Source: a virus (taxonomy: Duplodnaviria; Caudoviricetes). From it: 57,522 nucleotides of DNA. The stretch's first letter is position 1. Each line of letters begins with the position of its first letter. Below are positions 29,101-38,958 of this stretch, one piece after another. The stretch is from IMG/VR virus record IMGVR_UViG_3300025543_000027, positions 1 through 57,522 of that record; one strand, 5' to 3'. The notes under the pieces were generated by a model. It made no database searches. It was not told the origin of the DNA and was given only the letters and a program-made list of their open reading frames with translations. Both the position numbers and the translations under genes were made by a program.

Positions 29101-29655
29101 GATGCATGGTCTGGCGCTGAAACTGTTGCTGGAACAGATGAGTCAATCATACGATGGGGCACAGCACAACACTTTACAACTGACTTGTCAGCAGGTTACT
29201 TGCCAGTTGGACCAGATTTGAGCACTGGACGAAGTGGAACACAATATTTTACATTTGCGTTTCAAAGACAAGCCGCTGCTAGTTTCGATATTACGTTAAC
29301 ATCGTCCACCGGAATAGCTGGTGTGTGGATAGCTTTGCCAGGATCTAGCATCGACACTACTGTCAGTGCTGTTGGTCCAACTTCAACAATAAACGGATGG
29401 TTAGATTGCACTTTGCAATATAATGGCGCTGGAGTACCAGGTGCAGACACTGCCGCCGGTGGCAACGGCAGCAACGGATGTGCGCTCACTGGTGCTGATA
29501 GAATTCCCACAGCAACAGCAATTTCAAATGTCAGTTATACACAAACTTTTGGTGAACAAAATATGAGTAACTCTACAGGCAACAACGTGTTGGTTAGAAT
29601 TGCTCTTAGTTCTGGTCAAAGTATTACAGCAGTATCAATCGGAGTAGCAAGCTAA
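26173..29655 (+). CDS. large virion protein with PKD-like domains
   Basis: Four W(DF)GD PKD-type signatures with H.Y/F motifs; Thr/Ser/Gly-rich; TAAATA upstream. Confidence 0.8.
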   Translation: MAISKIAGQMLKDNLERDGANLAITDTIADTPVLFVDVVNGQIGINNATPSVALDISGNVLAGNITTTELLSTGTANVANLQVAGNATVDGNFITGNITIPSTGNINVGTNYINNVIDPVQDQDVASKKYVDFATGNVGNSVIGNAIALGTPTDSSLVVNVAYPGWTTATFVTDSIDDLNQVALNIANGTYVGRAAFSGTPTAGPSPMAVTFTGTYIGDADSFLWDFGDGNTSTAGNIVVHNYNNVSGGQFDVTFTAFNSNGTYSGNVSLGAKGSTSSSTVEDYITLYTPSPVAAFTITDNVIDTGSGAEVTNTSTNASSYELDWGDGSANVDIVGNWTTQNHTYNTAANTDTRYGIVLSATSDTAGPSPVTDVSSTGFMYVYATQTPAFSANTLTVINSAATSGGIVSFSNDTSTSPGDTATFGAQQKYSFVWGDSNVSNVDIQSGLAGNPSAANITHTFALTSGEQAGGTVVNYTANLQIYTGYSTSPFTSSDIVISVEPEVRSAFAGVAVTQSDATGATAQTGYIYTDYNGNDRALFTYENTSQNGNVFDFAWGDSTTSGNINAGSPGTPGSGNITHTYTTTGSKTVALTSYGTPGTLAQSNVQTRSSYINIATNPTAPGAVSTKTLSLSTGSQGNSPLLAAAADDNTSGNIPAAGSSVTRYITSTPIVSSTIADANTSLSTNTLTSYISGSATGNVTFNTATDSSGTYSSLVVTEDEDAHTAINATYPTGFYKVFSARISQTLAALTVGYNDYQLRHSTTGNTNATGFVKDNLTVVPTVDTASVTMTEASAGTYRYISGVPYYNTGSPSITVTSLAVADLTGQTYRNTATPLTVASGTTDEGTSGSIINSQSKSYADINGAPSMLTGGIPNANIGIAADYTLGNQSISIDGSARAVATLQASMINVNGTSTTVQLPTKVQVYNLSLTGIDESAIPVSDSLGGGVYTNDGVRVALGLSGDNPAFSASTNFYTDDAWSGAETVAGTDESIIRWGTAQHFTTDLSAGYLPVGPDLSTGRSGTQYFTFAFQRQAAASFDITLTSSTGIAGVWIALPGSSIDTTVSAVGPTSTINGWLDCTLQYNGAGVPGADTAAGGNGSNGCALTGADRIPTATAISNVSYTQTFGEQNMSNSTGNNVLVRIALSSGQSITAVSIGVAS

Positions 29656-30980
29656 TGGCATCCGACTCACAAAAACTTGATTATCTTTGGAAAAAACTTG
29701 GCTTTGGTGCTACTAAGACAGCACCTCCGGCAAACAAGGAAGCGTTCAACGAAAGTATACCTAGCCCGTTGTTGTACCGTGCTGATTTAATATTAACCAA
29801 CAGCGGAGAAATTCCGGCAGTAATACCAACTGCTACTAGTAGTATTATACAAATTTACAAAGACACACCTGGTGCATGGACACAAACAATTGAATGTACC
29901 GAAGACCTCACTGCACCTGACAACCAAACTTGGAAAACCAATGTAGTCAATTGGGTACCTTCGCAATTTGGGTCAACATATCTTGTCAAAGTTTATGTCG
30001 ACGATGCTGGGTCAGTTACCCCACAAACCACTGGCACACAACTGTTCCAAGCAGGTTCTGGAAATAGCGACGGATGGTTCTTTGACTATCAATCAGGCGT
30101 ATTAAACTTTAACGATACAAATATTCCTAGTGAAATTGGCACAGGCGTCACTGGTAAATCCGTGTACATTGCCGGTGCCAGATACATAGGCGCTCTTGGG
30201 CTTGGCGTAGCCGACACAGGAAATATTACGTTTAGCGGCGATACGATTTCCAACAGTCAGGCCAATGGCAATATAATTTTAGAAGCAACCGGCACTGGAA
30301 TAGTTCAAATCGAAGGAACTGCCGGTGTTTCAATTCCAACTGGTGACACAGGCGAGCGACCAAACCCAGCGATTGCTGGAACGTTGCGTCTTAATACAGA
30401 TACAAATGTTGTAGAAATATACACCGGAACTGTGTGGAAAAGCGCTGGTGACGGGTTGTCGGTTGTCAGTAACCAAACCATTGAAGGAGACGGAGTTACT
30501 GATACATTTACACTGAATCAAGACGCCACAGCAGCCGGCATATTGGTCACTGTCAACGGTGTTAGTCAAACACCTGGGGTAGATTACGATGTATCCAGTG
30601 GTGATCAGTTGACATTTACAACAACTCCAATTGTGTCAGACACTGTGCAAGTTCGCTTTATCACAGTGACCACTACAATTTCTGCATTGACAAACACAGT
30701 TGGAAATACCACAGTTGCGACCACTGCAAGTGGAAATATCAATTTTGAAATAAATAGTTCAACAGTAGCACAGATAACCAATGCCAGTATATTGGATATT
30801 AGTGCCGCCCATAGCCTTCAATTGCCCACATACACAGTGAGCCAGGCTAGCGGGTTAAGTAACGTAGCAACGGGACAGGTAATTTATGTTTCGGACGGAG
30901 CTTCTGGATCACCATGCCTAGCGGTATACAGCGGCGGTGGTTGGAAGCAAATTGCTATCGGCAGCGCCATTACATCCTAA
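29655..30980 (+). CDS. virion structural/fibre protein
   Basis: TAATG coupling; IPTGDTGERP...LRLNTD and GDGVTDTFTL modules. Confidence 0.75.
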   Translation: MASDSQKLDYLWKKLGFGATKTAPPANKEAFNESIPSPLLYRADLILTNSGEIPAVIPTATSSIIQIYKDTPGAWTQTIECTEDLTAPDNQTWKTNVVNWVPSQFGSTYLVKVYVDDAGSVTPQTTGTQLFQAGSGNSDGWFFDYQSGVLNFNDTNIPSEIGTGVTGKSVYIAGARYIGALGLGVADTGNITFSGDTISNSQANGNIILEATGTGIVQIEGTAGVSIPTGDTGERPNPAIAGTLRLNTDTNVVEIYTGTVWKSAGDGLSVVSNQTIEGDGVTDTFTLNQDATAAGILVTVNGVSQTPGVDYDVSSGDQLTFTTTPIVSDTVQVRFITVTTTISALTNTVGNTTVATTASGNINFEINSSTVAQITNASILDISAAHSLQLPTYTVSQASGLSNVATGQVIYVSDGASGSPCLAVYSGGGWKQIAIGSAITS

Positions 30981-31107
30981 CTTTTTCCTGCACTGAACAT
31001 TAACTACCCAGTGCGGTTTCCTCACGAATTCGGTAAATACTCTCAGTAGTATTGAACGTATGGTAATGAGTACTGTGCGGGAAAAATTATAATAAAGGAG
31101 TCTTAAA

Positions 31108-34100
31108 ATGGCTGTAACCAGAATTAAGAATAATCAGATAACTGACGCAACAATTGTTGCGAGTTCAAAGTTAACTGATTATTCGATTAGCGCAGGAAAA
31201 ATCGCTAACAACCTAGTTTATGGATCAAACCTAACAGTTTCCGGGAACCTAACAGTTTCCGGAAGCACAACCAATATTGACACTAACATTACAACCATTG
31301 AAGATCCGGTTATTTTGTTGGCATCAACAGCATCAGGCGCACCTTCAGTTGACATTGGTTTTCTAGGTCAACGTGGTACAAGCACAAACGTCGCATTTGT
31401 ATGGGACGAAAGTCAAGGCCTATTTGTAACAGCGTTTACAGATACAGCCGAAACAGAAACAACCGTCAACATCACTGCTTATGCCAGTACCAAAGCATTG
31501 AACGTTGAAGCAACTGGTGATTTAAATGTAACCGGCCAAAGTAATTTAGCCGACATTTTGGTTGCTGCTGCTTCTACAGTTGATTTCAACACAAGCGTTA
31601 TCGGCAATATTGGCGCACCAATTGCTGATGCAGATGCTGCAACAAAGAAATATGTTGACGACGAGCTAAGTGGATCAGGATTTAGTATCAGTGACGGTGT
31701 CACAACCGAAACAGTCGAAGGTGGCGACACAATTGAATTTGAAGGCGACACCAACATCACTGTTACCGTTGACCAAGTGTCTGGAACAGAAAGTAATGTT
31801 GCTGTTACATTGAACGACAGTATTACTCTTACTGGCAACATCACAGGTGGCAACTTGGCAACAGGTGGCGCAGTAAATGCTACTGGCACAGCTACGTTAG
31901 GTAATGTTGCAACTGGTGGTACAGTAAGTGCAACTGGCACAATCACAGGTGGAAACGTTGCAACAGGTGGAACAATCAGTTCTACTGGCACAGCTACCGT
32001 AGGTAATGTTGCAACTGGCGGCACAGTAAGTGCTACTGGAACAGCCACAGTTGGTAATGTTGCAACTGGTGGTACTGTAAGTGCAACTGGTACAATCACA
32101 AGTGATGACACAATCACTGGCGGAAACGTAGCAACAGGTGGTACTATGAGTGCAACTGGTGTACTCACAGGCGGCTCAATTGAAACAGCTACCACAGTAA
32201 GTGCTACTGGCACAATTACTGGTGGCAACGTAGCCACTGGCGGTACAGTAAGTGCTACAGGAACAGCTACTGCTGGTAATATTGCAACTGGCGGAACAGT
32301 AAGTTCAACTGGAACTGCTACATTGGGCAACGTTGCAACTGGTGGAACAATCAGTGCTGTTGGCACAATCACAAGTGATGCTACAATCAGTGGTGGCAAC
32401 TTGGCAACTGGCGGAACAGTAAGTTCAACTGGAACTGCTACATTGGGCAACGTTGCAACTGGTGGAACAATCAGTGCTGCAAGTACAATCACTGGTGGTA
32501 ATGTACAAACTGGTGGAACAATCAGTGCTACTAGCACTATCACAAGTGCTGATACAATCACAGGTGGTAATATTGCAACTGGTGGAACAGTAAGTTCAAC
32601 TGGTACAGCTACTTTAGGTAATGTTGCTACAGGTGGAACAATCAGTTCAACTGGTACAGCTACTTTAGGTAATGTTGCAAGTTCTGGATTTATTTCTACA
32701 ACTGGTAACGTAAGTGCTGGAAATGTCAATACATCTGACATTGTTGGCGCAACAGTTACTGTTACATCTGCTGGCGCTATTTCATTGGCTGGTACAGAAA
32801 TCAATGCCAACAGTACAAAAATTCTTAACTTGGCTGACCCAGTTAACGGCGGCGATGCTGCCAACAAGCAATATGTTGATTCAGTTGCTGAAGGTCTAAA
32901 CGTTAAAGCAGCAGTAATTGCCGCAACAACAGCCAATATCACATTGAGTGGTGCTCAAACAATTGATGGCATTGCTATTGTTGCTGGCGATCGTGTTTTG
33001 GTTAAGAACCAAACTGCTCCTGCTGAAAATGGTATCTATGTTGCCAGTGCCGGAGCATGGGCTCGTTCTACTGACATGGATGTATGGGCAGAATTTCCAG
33101 GTGCGTTTACTTTTGTTACAACTGGTTCTGACTATGCTGACACAGGCTGGGTATGTACATCTGATGCAGGCGGTACACTTGGCACAACAGCAGTTACATG
33201 GAGTCAGTTCTCTGGTGCTGGTCAATACACAGCCGGCGAAGGTTTAGATCTAACTGGCGTAGTATTCAGTGTCAACGTTGACGAAGTTACAACTACAATC
33301 ACAGGCGATGCTGTTGTGGTTAAAGCAAGTGCTCAGTTTGTGACACCAGATATTGGTGCTGCTACTGGCACAAGTTTAAGTGCAACAGGTACTGTTACTG
33401 CTGATGATACAATCACAGGTGGTAATATTGCAACTGGTGGAACAGTAAGTTCAACTGGTACAGCTACGTTAGGTAATGTTGCTACAGGTGGAACAATCAG
33501 TTCAACTGGTACAGCTACTGCTGGTAATTTAGTAACAGGCGGCACATTGAGTGTTACTGGAACTGCTACAGTTGGAAATGTTGACACAGCTGGAACAATT
33601 AGTGCTACAAGTTCTATCACAGGTGGAAGTGTTGCAACTGGCGGAACTGTAAGTGCAACTGGCACAATCACAGGTGGTAATATTGCAACTGGTGGAACAG
33701 TAAGTTCAACTGGTACAGCTACTTTGGGCAACGTTGCAACTGGCGGCACAGTAAGTGCTACAGGTACAATCACAGGTGGCAACGTTGCTACTGGTGGTAC
33801 AGTAAGTGCTACAGGTACAATCACAAGTGATGTCACAATCACAGGTGGTAATATTGCTACAAGCGGTACAGTAAGTTCAACAGGTACTGCCACATTGGGC
33901 AACGTTGCAACTGGCGGAACTGTAAGTGCTACTGGCACAATTACTGGTGGTAACTTGGCAACAGGTGGTACAATGAGTTCTACAGGAACTGCTACTGCTG
34001 GTAACCTAGCAACTGGTGGTACAGTAAGTGCTACAGGTACAATCACAAGTGATGACACCATCACAGGTGGCAATGTTGCTACTGGTGGTACAGTAAGTGC

Positions 34101-35565
34101 TACAGGTACAATCACAAGTGCTGACACAATCACAGGTGGCAACGTAGCTACTGGTGGTACAGTAAGTGCAACTGGCACTATTACAAGTGATGTTACAATC
34201 ACAGGTGGTAATGTTGCAACAGGCGGCACGGTTTCAGCAACTGGTACAATCACAAGTGATGACACAATCACAGGTGGCAACTTGGCAACAGGTGGAACAG
34301 TAAGTTCGACTGGTACTGCTACATTGGGCAACGTTGCAACTGGCGGTACTGTAAGTGCTACTGGAACAGCTACTGTTGGTAATGTTGCAACAGGCGGCAC
34401 GGTTTCAGCAACTGGTACAATCACTGGTGGTAATGTTACAACTGCTGGTACATCTAGTTTGGGCAACATTGTTATCAGCGGCGACGACATTACAGACGTT
34501 GGCGGCGGAGTTGTTACAATTAACTCAGCTGCTGCTGATGTTGACTTTGCTGTAAGTGGTGACACAACTGCTAACATATTCTTTGTTGATGCTGGAACAG
34601 AAACAATCAGTATTGGTAGTGCTACACAGACCACAGGTGCTGTATTGGCATTGAATGCTTCTACTTCATTCTTGGCTCCAGTTGGTAACACAGCACAGCG
34701 CCCATCAGTTGGTGTAACAGGTATGTTGCGTTTCAACACCGCACTCAACTCAATGGAAGTGTATGACAATGCTGCATGGACACCAGTCGGCCAGCAAGAG
34801 ATTACAGTTATCACTGATGACCAGTTTGCTGGTGATGATGTTACTGTTGCCTTTACGCTAAGTGAAGAATCAACCACATCAGGTACAATTGTTGCAATCA
34901 ACGGTATTCAACAGATTCCAACTACTGCTTACTCAGTATCTGGAACAACAATAACGTTTACCGAAGCTCCTGCTACAGGCGACGTGATTGACTGTCGTGT
35001 GTTGACAACAACAACCACTGTTACTCAAATTACTAACTCGGCACAAACTGCTATTTTAGGAACTAGTCAAGCTGGTAATCCACAAGTCAACATCACTGGT
35101 GACTTTGTACCTACTACAACCGATGGTTCGCAAGACATTGGTAGTGCGACTAATCCGTTTGGAGCTATTTACGGTGTTGCTTCATCAGCTCAATACGCTG
35201 ACTTGGCAGAGAACTATGCAGCTGACGCTGAATACGCTCCTGGTACAGTTGTGTCTTTTGGTGGTGATGCTGAAGTTACGTCAAGTACAGATGCTGACGC
35301 TCGCGTAGCTGGTGTTGTTAGTACAAACCCTGCTTACACAATGAATAGTGACTTGGTTGCTGATCATGTTGTTACTGTAGCATTTACTGGTCGTGTACCA
35401 TGTAAAGTTACCGGAACTGTGCGCAAAGGTGATTTGATGGTATCTGCTGGAAATGGTTTGGCTCGCGCCGAAGTAAATCCTGCACCAGGAACAATCATTG
35501 GTAAAGCTCTTGCTAACCATGATGGTGCCGAAGGTACAATCGAAGTTGTAGTCGGACGCTTCTAA
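31108..35565 (+). CDS. long repeat-rich tail fibre with C-terminal intramolecular-chaperone-like (peptidase G2-type) domain
   Basis: GN(V/I/L)ATGGT(V/I)S repeats; GDRVLVKNQT...ENGIY module; AQYADLAENY...GRVPCKV...GKAL C-terminus; strong SD. Confidence 0.85.
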   Translation: MAVTRIKNNQITDATIVASSKLTDYSISAGKIANNLVYGSNLTVSGNLTVSGSTTNIDTNITTIEDPVILLASTASGAPSVDIGFLGQRGTSTNVAFVWDESQGLFVTAFTDTAETETTVNITAYASTKALNVEATGDLNVTGQSNLADILVAAASTVDFNTSVIGNIGAPIADADAATKKYVDDELSGSGFSISDGVTTETVEGGDTIEFEGDTNITVTVDQVSGTESNVAVTLNDSITLTGNITGGNLATGGAVNATGTATLGNVATGGTVSATGTITGGNVATGGTISSTGTATVGNVATGGTVSATGTATVGNVATGGTVSATGTITSDDTITGGNVATGGTMSATGVLTGGSIETATTVSATGTITGGNVATGGTVSATGTATAGNIATGGTVSSTGTATLGNVATGGTISAVGTITSDATISGGNLATGGTVSSTGTATLGNVATGGTISAASTITGGNVQTGGTISATSTITSADTITGGNIATGGTVSSTGTATLGNVATGGTISSTGTATLGNVASSGFISTTGNVSAGNVNTSDIVGATVTVTSAGAISLAGTEINANSTKILNLADPVNGGDAANKQYVDSVAEGLNVKAAVIAATTANITLSGAQTIDGIAIVAGDRVLVKNQTAPAENGIYVASAGAWARSTDMDVWAEFPGAFTFVTTGSDYADTGWVCTSDAGGTLGTTAVTWSQFSGAGQYTAGEGLDLTGVVFSVNVDEVTTTITGDAVVVKASAQFVTPDIGAATGTSLSATGTVTADDTITGGNIATGGTVSSTGTATLGNVATGGTISSTGTATAGNLVTGGTLSVTGTATVGNVDTAGTISATSSITGGSVATGGTVSATGTITGGNIATGGTVSSTGTATLGNVATGGTVSATGTITGGNVATGGTVSATGTITSDVTITGGNIATSGTVSSTGTATLGNVATGGTVSATGTITGGNLATGGTMSSTGTATAGNLATGGTVSATGTITSDDTITGGNVATGGTVSATGTITSADTITGGNVATGGTVSATGTITSDVTITGGNVATGGTVSATGTITSDDTITGGNLATGGTVSSTGTATLGNVATGGTVSATGTATVGNVATGGTVSATGTITGGNVTTAGTSSLGNIVISGDDITDVGGGVVTINSAAADVDFAVSGDTTANIFFVDAGTETISIGSATQTTGAVLALNASTSFLAPVGNTAQRPSVGVTGMLRFNTALNSMEVYDNAAWTPVGQQEITVITDDQFAGDDVTVAFTLSEESTTSGTIVAINGIQQIPTTAYSVSGTTITFTEAPATGDVIDCRVLTTTTTVTQITNSAQTAILGTSQAGNPQVNITGDFVPTTTDGSQDIGSATNPFGAIYGVASSAQYADLAENYAADAEYAPGTVVSFGGDAEVTSSTDADARVAGVVSTNPAYTMNSDLVADHVVTVAFTGRVPCKVTGTVRKGDLMVSAGNGLARAEVNPAPGTIIGKALANHDGAEGTIEVVVGRF
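31840..32720 (+). repeat. coding tandem repeat array 1 (17- and 23-aa units)
   Basis: GNVATGGTVSATGT(ITG/ATL) units; 76-nt exact duplicate at 32284-32359 and 32404-32479; ends approximate. Confidence 0.9.
33370..34470 (+). repeat. coding tandem repeat array 2 (17- and 23-aa units)
   Basis: Same unit; 33405-33519 nearly identical to 32550-32664; ends approximate. Confidence 0.9.
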
Positions 35566-35605
35566 AAAGGTTTATATCAGCAGGCAACTGCTGGTATTAC
35601 CTGAC

Positions 35606-35636
35606 AAAGAATAGGACCTTCGGGTCCTATTCTTTT
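35606..35636 (+). terminator. rho-independent terminator (UUCG loop)
   Basis: AAAGAATAGGACC-TTCG-GGTCCTATTCTTTT, followed directly by TAAATA. Confidence 0.9.
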
Positions 35637-35667
35637 GGCTAAATATAGCTAACAAACTGGAAAACAA

Positions 35668-37707
35668 ATGGGATTAACTAAACCTCGCGCATCACAAATT
35701 TTTGACATAGATTACAAACAAGCGACTCGTGTGATCACGGTTTCCAATGTGACATTAACCGGTGGCGCACCGTCTGTAGTCGACGGAGTTTCTCTAACAG
35801 CCGGCGATCGTGTTTTGGTAACAGGTCAAAGCACAGGCAGCGAAAATGGATTGTATGCAGTAGCAGTGGTTGGCATAGGATCAGACGGTACATGGGTTCG
35901 TACCAATGACGGCAACGAAGATGGTGAAATCCAAGCCGGCATGATTGTCATGGTCACCGAAGGTGCTACCTATGCTGACACACAGTGGAAACTGACAACT
36001 GACGGTACAATTGACATAGGAACAACTGCTCTTGTGTTTGCTCCCAACACTAGCGAAAGTTACGGAAATGTTGAAGTTGCTGCCTATCTCGATGGTAGTG
36101 CCGGTGATATTATTCCGATAGGAAACAATATACAAAGTTTAGGATCAGCAACTTTCCAGTGGAAAGATGTATTTGTTGGCCCCGGTTCTTTGTACGTTAA
36201 TAATCAAAAAGTGCTTGAAGACAATTCCGGAACAATTACATTAACTGCTGATGTAGATCAAAATCTTAGTATATTGACAACCGGCAATGGTGACATTGAA
36301 ATTAATCCAGGCGGATTAATACAACTCAAAGGTAATGTTGAAGTAAGTGCCGGATATTCCATTAGTCAAGCAGGCGGCGCCGCCACTAATTTTAATACAG
36401 GAATCGCAACGGATTCAATTACCAGCTCAACTGCTGATACTAATTTAACATTGTCTGCAGATGGCACTGGTTATGTTTATGTCAATGACAATTTAGTAGT
36501 TGCTGGGAATCTCACTGTAAACGGCGATGCAACCAATCTTAGTGTAACAAATTTAACAGTACAAGATAATATTATTACCATTGCAGCTGAACAAACAGGA
36601 ACGCCGGCACTTAATGCTGGCATTTCAGTTCAACGAGGCGATGAAAATAACACATTAATTAGATGGACCGAAGGGTCTCTTAAATGGCAATTCACAAATG
36701 ATGGATCTACTTATCAAACCATAATTGGAACTGGTACAAACGAAGGATCTATTAGTGTCACAGGAAACATTAATAGCGGCAATATAACCACGGCAGGAAC
36801 TGTAAATGCTGGTAGTATCAGTGCCACTGGTGCAAGTAACATTGGTGATATGAATGTTGCTGCCGCTTCCGCAATTGATTTCAATACAAGTGTCATTGGA
36901 AACATTGGAACGCCTGTTGCTGACACAGATGCTGCTACCAAGGCATATGTTGATAGCTCGCTAAGTACATCAGGATTTAGCATCACCGATGGTGTCACAA
37001 CTGAAGCAATCATAGCTGGAGACACAGTTGAATTTGAAGGCGACACAAACATAACTGTTTTAGTCAACCAAGTGTCTGGGACAGAAAGCAATGTTGCTCT
37101 TTCATTGAACGATGACGTTGTAATTGGCAACAGTTTAAGCGTAACAGCTAATGTAAGTGCTGGAAACGTTGATGGTACCAGAGCCAACTTTACTAACCTA
37201 GTAGGTACACTAGAAACAGCCACACAAACAAATATTACTAGTGTTGGTACATTGACCAGTGTTACTGCATCAGGTAATATTACAACCACTGGAAATATCA
37301 ATATCAATGCCCGCCAAGGCCTATATTTACACGATAGCGACAGTTCACATTATGTTGCAATTGTGCCACCAGCAACTGTTGCCAGTAATGTAACATTTGT
37401 ATTACCTGGTGATGCAGGAACTTCTGATTATGTTTTGTCTACCAATGGAGCCGGCACACTTAGCTGGATAGAACAAAGTGGTGGCGGCGGCAGCGGAGCG
37501 TCATCGTTTCCAAACAGCACAGTTACTCCACTACCAAGTTCAGAAGGCAATTTTGATTTAAGTTATAACTATGCACAAACCACACAAGAAACACCATTTG
37601 AATCAGGCGGCACAGACGCATTTGGTGTTAGCCTTGGTGAAGTGTATAGCATGATGGACCCAGCCGGCGATATCCCGACGCCAACAGATTTGGGCATCCT
37701 TGCCTGA
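35668..37707 (+). CDS. tail fibre-like protein
   Basis: GDRVLVTGQ...ENGLY module, DAATKAYVD, and a segment paralogous to the 31108 fibre. Confidence 0.8.
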   Translation: MGLTKPRASQIFDIDYKQATRVITVSNVTLTGGAPSVVDGVSLTAGDRVLVTGQSTGSENGLYAVAVVGIGSDGTWVRTNDGNEDGEIQAGMIVMVTEGATYADTQWKLTTDGTIDIGTTALVFAPNTSESYGNVEVAAYLDGSAGDIIPIGNNIQSLGSATFQWKDVFVGPGSLYVNNQKVLEDNSGTITLTADVDQNLSILTTGNGDIEINPGGLIQLKGNVEVSAGYSISQAGGAATNFNTGIATDSITSSTADTNLTLSADGTGYVYVNDNLVVAGNLTVNGDATNLSVTNLTVQDNIITIAAEQTGTPALNAGISVQRGDENNTLIRWTEGSLKWQFTNDGSTYQTIIGTGTNEGSISVTGNINSGNITTAGTVNAGSISATGASNIGDMNVAAASAIDFNTSVIGNIGTPVADTDAATKAYVDSSLSTSGFSITDGVTTEAIIAGDTVEFEGDTNITVLVNQVSGTESNVALSLNDDVVIGNSLSVTANVSAGNVDGTRANFTNLVGTLETATQTNITSVGTLTSVTASGNITTTGNININARQGLYLHDSDSSHYVAIVPPATVASNVTFVLPGDAGTSDYVLSTNGAGTLSWIEQSGGGGSGASSFPNSTVTPLPSSEGNFDLSYNYAQTTQETPFESGGTDAFGVSLGEVYSMMDPAGDIPTPTDLGILA

Positions 37708-37735
37708 TAAATAAGCATAACACTAGGAGAACAAG

Positions 37736-38293
37736 ATGCCAACGGTATTACAATTTAGACGCGGAACTACTGCACAGAACAATTCATTTACAGGAAGTGC
37801 CGGTGAATTAAGTATCGATACAGATGTAGATAGTATTCGCGTACATGATGGGTCGACCGCAGGCGGTTTTGAAACAAACGCCAAACAAGCACAATATGCT
37901 GACGTTGCAGAACGTTACCGTGCAGATGCAGAATATGATCCGGGTACATTGTTGGTGTTTGGTGGCGATGCTGAAATTACCATTAGTAGTGAAAAACATA
38001 GTAAACGCATTGCCGGAATTGTTAGCACAGATCCTTACTGTGTTATGAATAGTCCTAAAGACGAACGCAATGATCCGACTTTTCCTGCAATGGCATTGTT
38101 AGGCCGTGTTCCTGCAAAAGTAATTGGCGAAATCCGCAAAGGCGATTTAATGGTTGCTAGTGACACTCCCGGTTATGCAGAAGCATGGCGAGATGAAAGC
38201 AACCCCCCATCAGGCAGTGTTGTTGGTAAAGCAGTAGAAGATAAAACTGACGCAAGCAAAGGCACAATCGAGATTTCAGTCGGCCGACTATGA
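37736..38293 (+). CDS. mini-fibre: Mtd-N-like attachment domain fused to chaperone-like C-terminal domain
   Basis: LQFRRGTTAQ...GEL..DTD...VHDGSTAGG directly followed by AQYADVAERY...GRVPAKV...GKA. Confidence 0.75.
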   Translation: MPTVLQFRRGTTAQNNSFTGSAGELSIDTDVDSIRVHDGSTAGGFETNAKQAQYADVAERYRADAEYDPGTLLVFGGDAEITISSEKHSKRIAGIVSTDPYCVMNSPKDERNDPTFPAMALLGRVPAKVIGEIRKGDLMVASDTPGYAEAWRDESNPPSGSVVGKAVEDKTDASKGTIEISVGRL

Positions 38294-38958
38294 TCAGAGA
38301 ACAATATCGAAGTGATTACGAAGGTGAATTTGTAATCACCGAAAGTAGATGGGCTGGCGGCAAAAAATCACAAAACAGAGAATGGGTTGAAAACCCAATT
38401 GAAAACCAACACATCAGCGGCCGAGCTGCTTGTATTGCCAGCGATGTTGACAAAGAACGATTTGACTACACACGCCTACAACGTCATAAAGGCGGGCTAC
38501 TTGGCTCAAAAAAACTACAAACATACGGATTAGGGTCTATTACCAAAGAGATGCGGTTGGATTTTGCTGTCGAAACCAACAAAGAAATACTCAGTGATAT
38601 ATTAGAACGAACGTATTCAACTGACAATATTGTTTACAGCACAACAAGAAACTGTTTGATGAATCCAGGCGAGTTTTACTTGATACCATACAACACTGTT
38701 ATGTCTTTAGAAGCACTCATATTATGGTTGGCAGCATTTGATGGTCATAAAGAAATCTTTATGATAGGATACAACAACGAAACACTAGGATTAACCAGTG
38801 AATGGATGTCACATGTAAACACAGTTATCAGCGTGTTTCCGTCAGTTAAATTTACGTTGGTTGGTGAAGAAACCATTATGCCAATAGAGTGGCGTAAAAA
38901 CGCCAATGTCAATTGTATTGACCATCGAACTTTTGTTACGTATTGCGACGTTAGGTAA
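38290..38958 (+). CDS. hypothetical protein, degenerate Maf/MptE-like fold
   Basis: ATGA overlap; LAAFDGHKEIFMIGY and LQTYG resemble 24221..24808. Confidence 0.55.
   Translation: MIREQYRSDYEGEFVITESRWAGGKKSQNREWVENPIENQHISGRAACIASDVDKERFDYTRLQRHKGGLLGSKKLQTYGLGSITKEMRLDFAVETNKEILSDILERTYSTDNIVYSTTRNCLMNPGEFYLIPYNTVMSLEALILWLAAFDGHKEIFMIGYNNETLGLTSEWMSHVNTVISVFPSVKFTLVGEETIMPIEWRKNANVNCIDHRTFVTYCDVR

Noticed and set aside
31228-31262. 17-nt direct repeat AACCTAACAGTTTCCGG
   Set aside because: Simple in-frame NLTVSG duplication in the fibre
31840-34470. Repeat arrays as CRISPR or DGR template/variable repeats
   Set aside because: In-frame coding repeats with mostly synonymous variation and no unique spacers; no cas or reverse transcriptase gene in the window
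31479-34901. Two long antisense ORFs (487 and 522 aa)
   Set aside because: Shadows of the Thr/Gly/Ala repeat codons of the fibre gene; no promoter or SD seen
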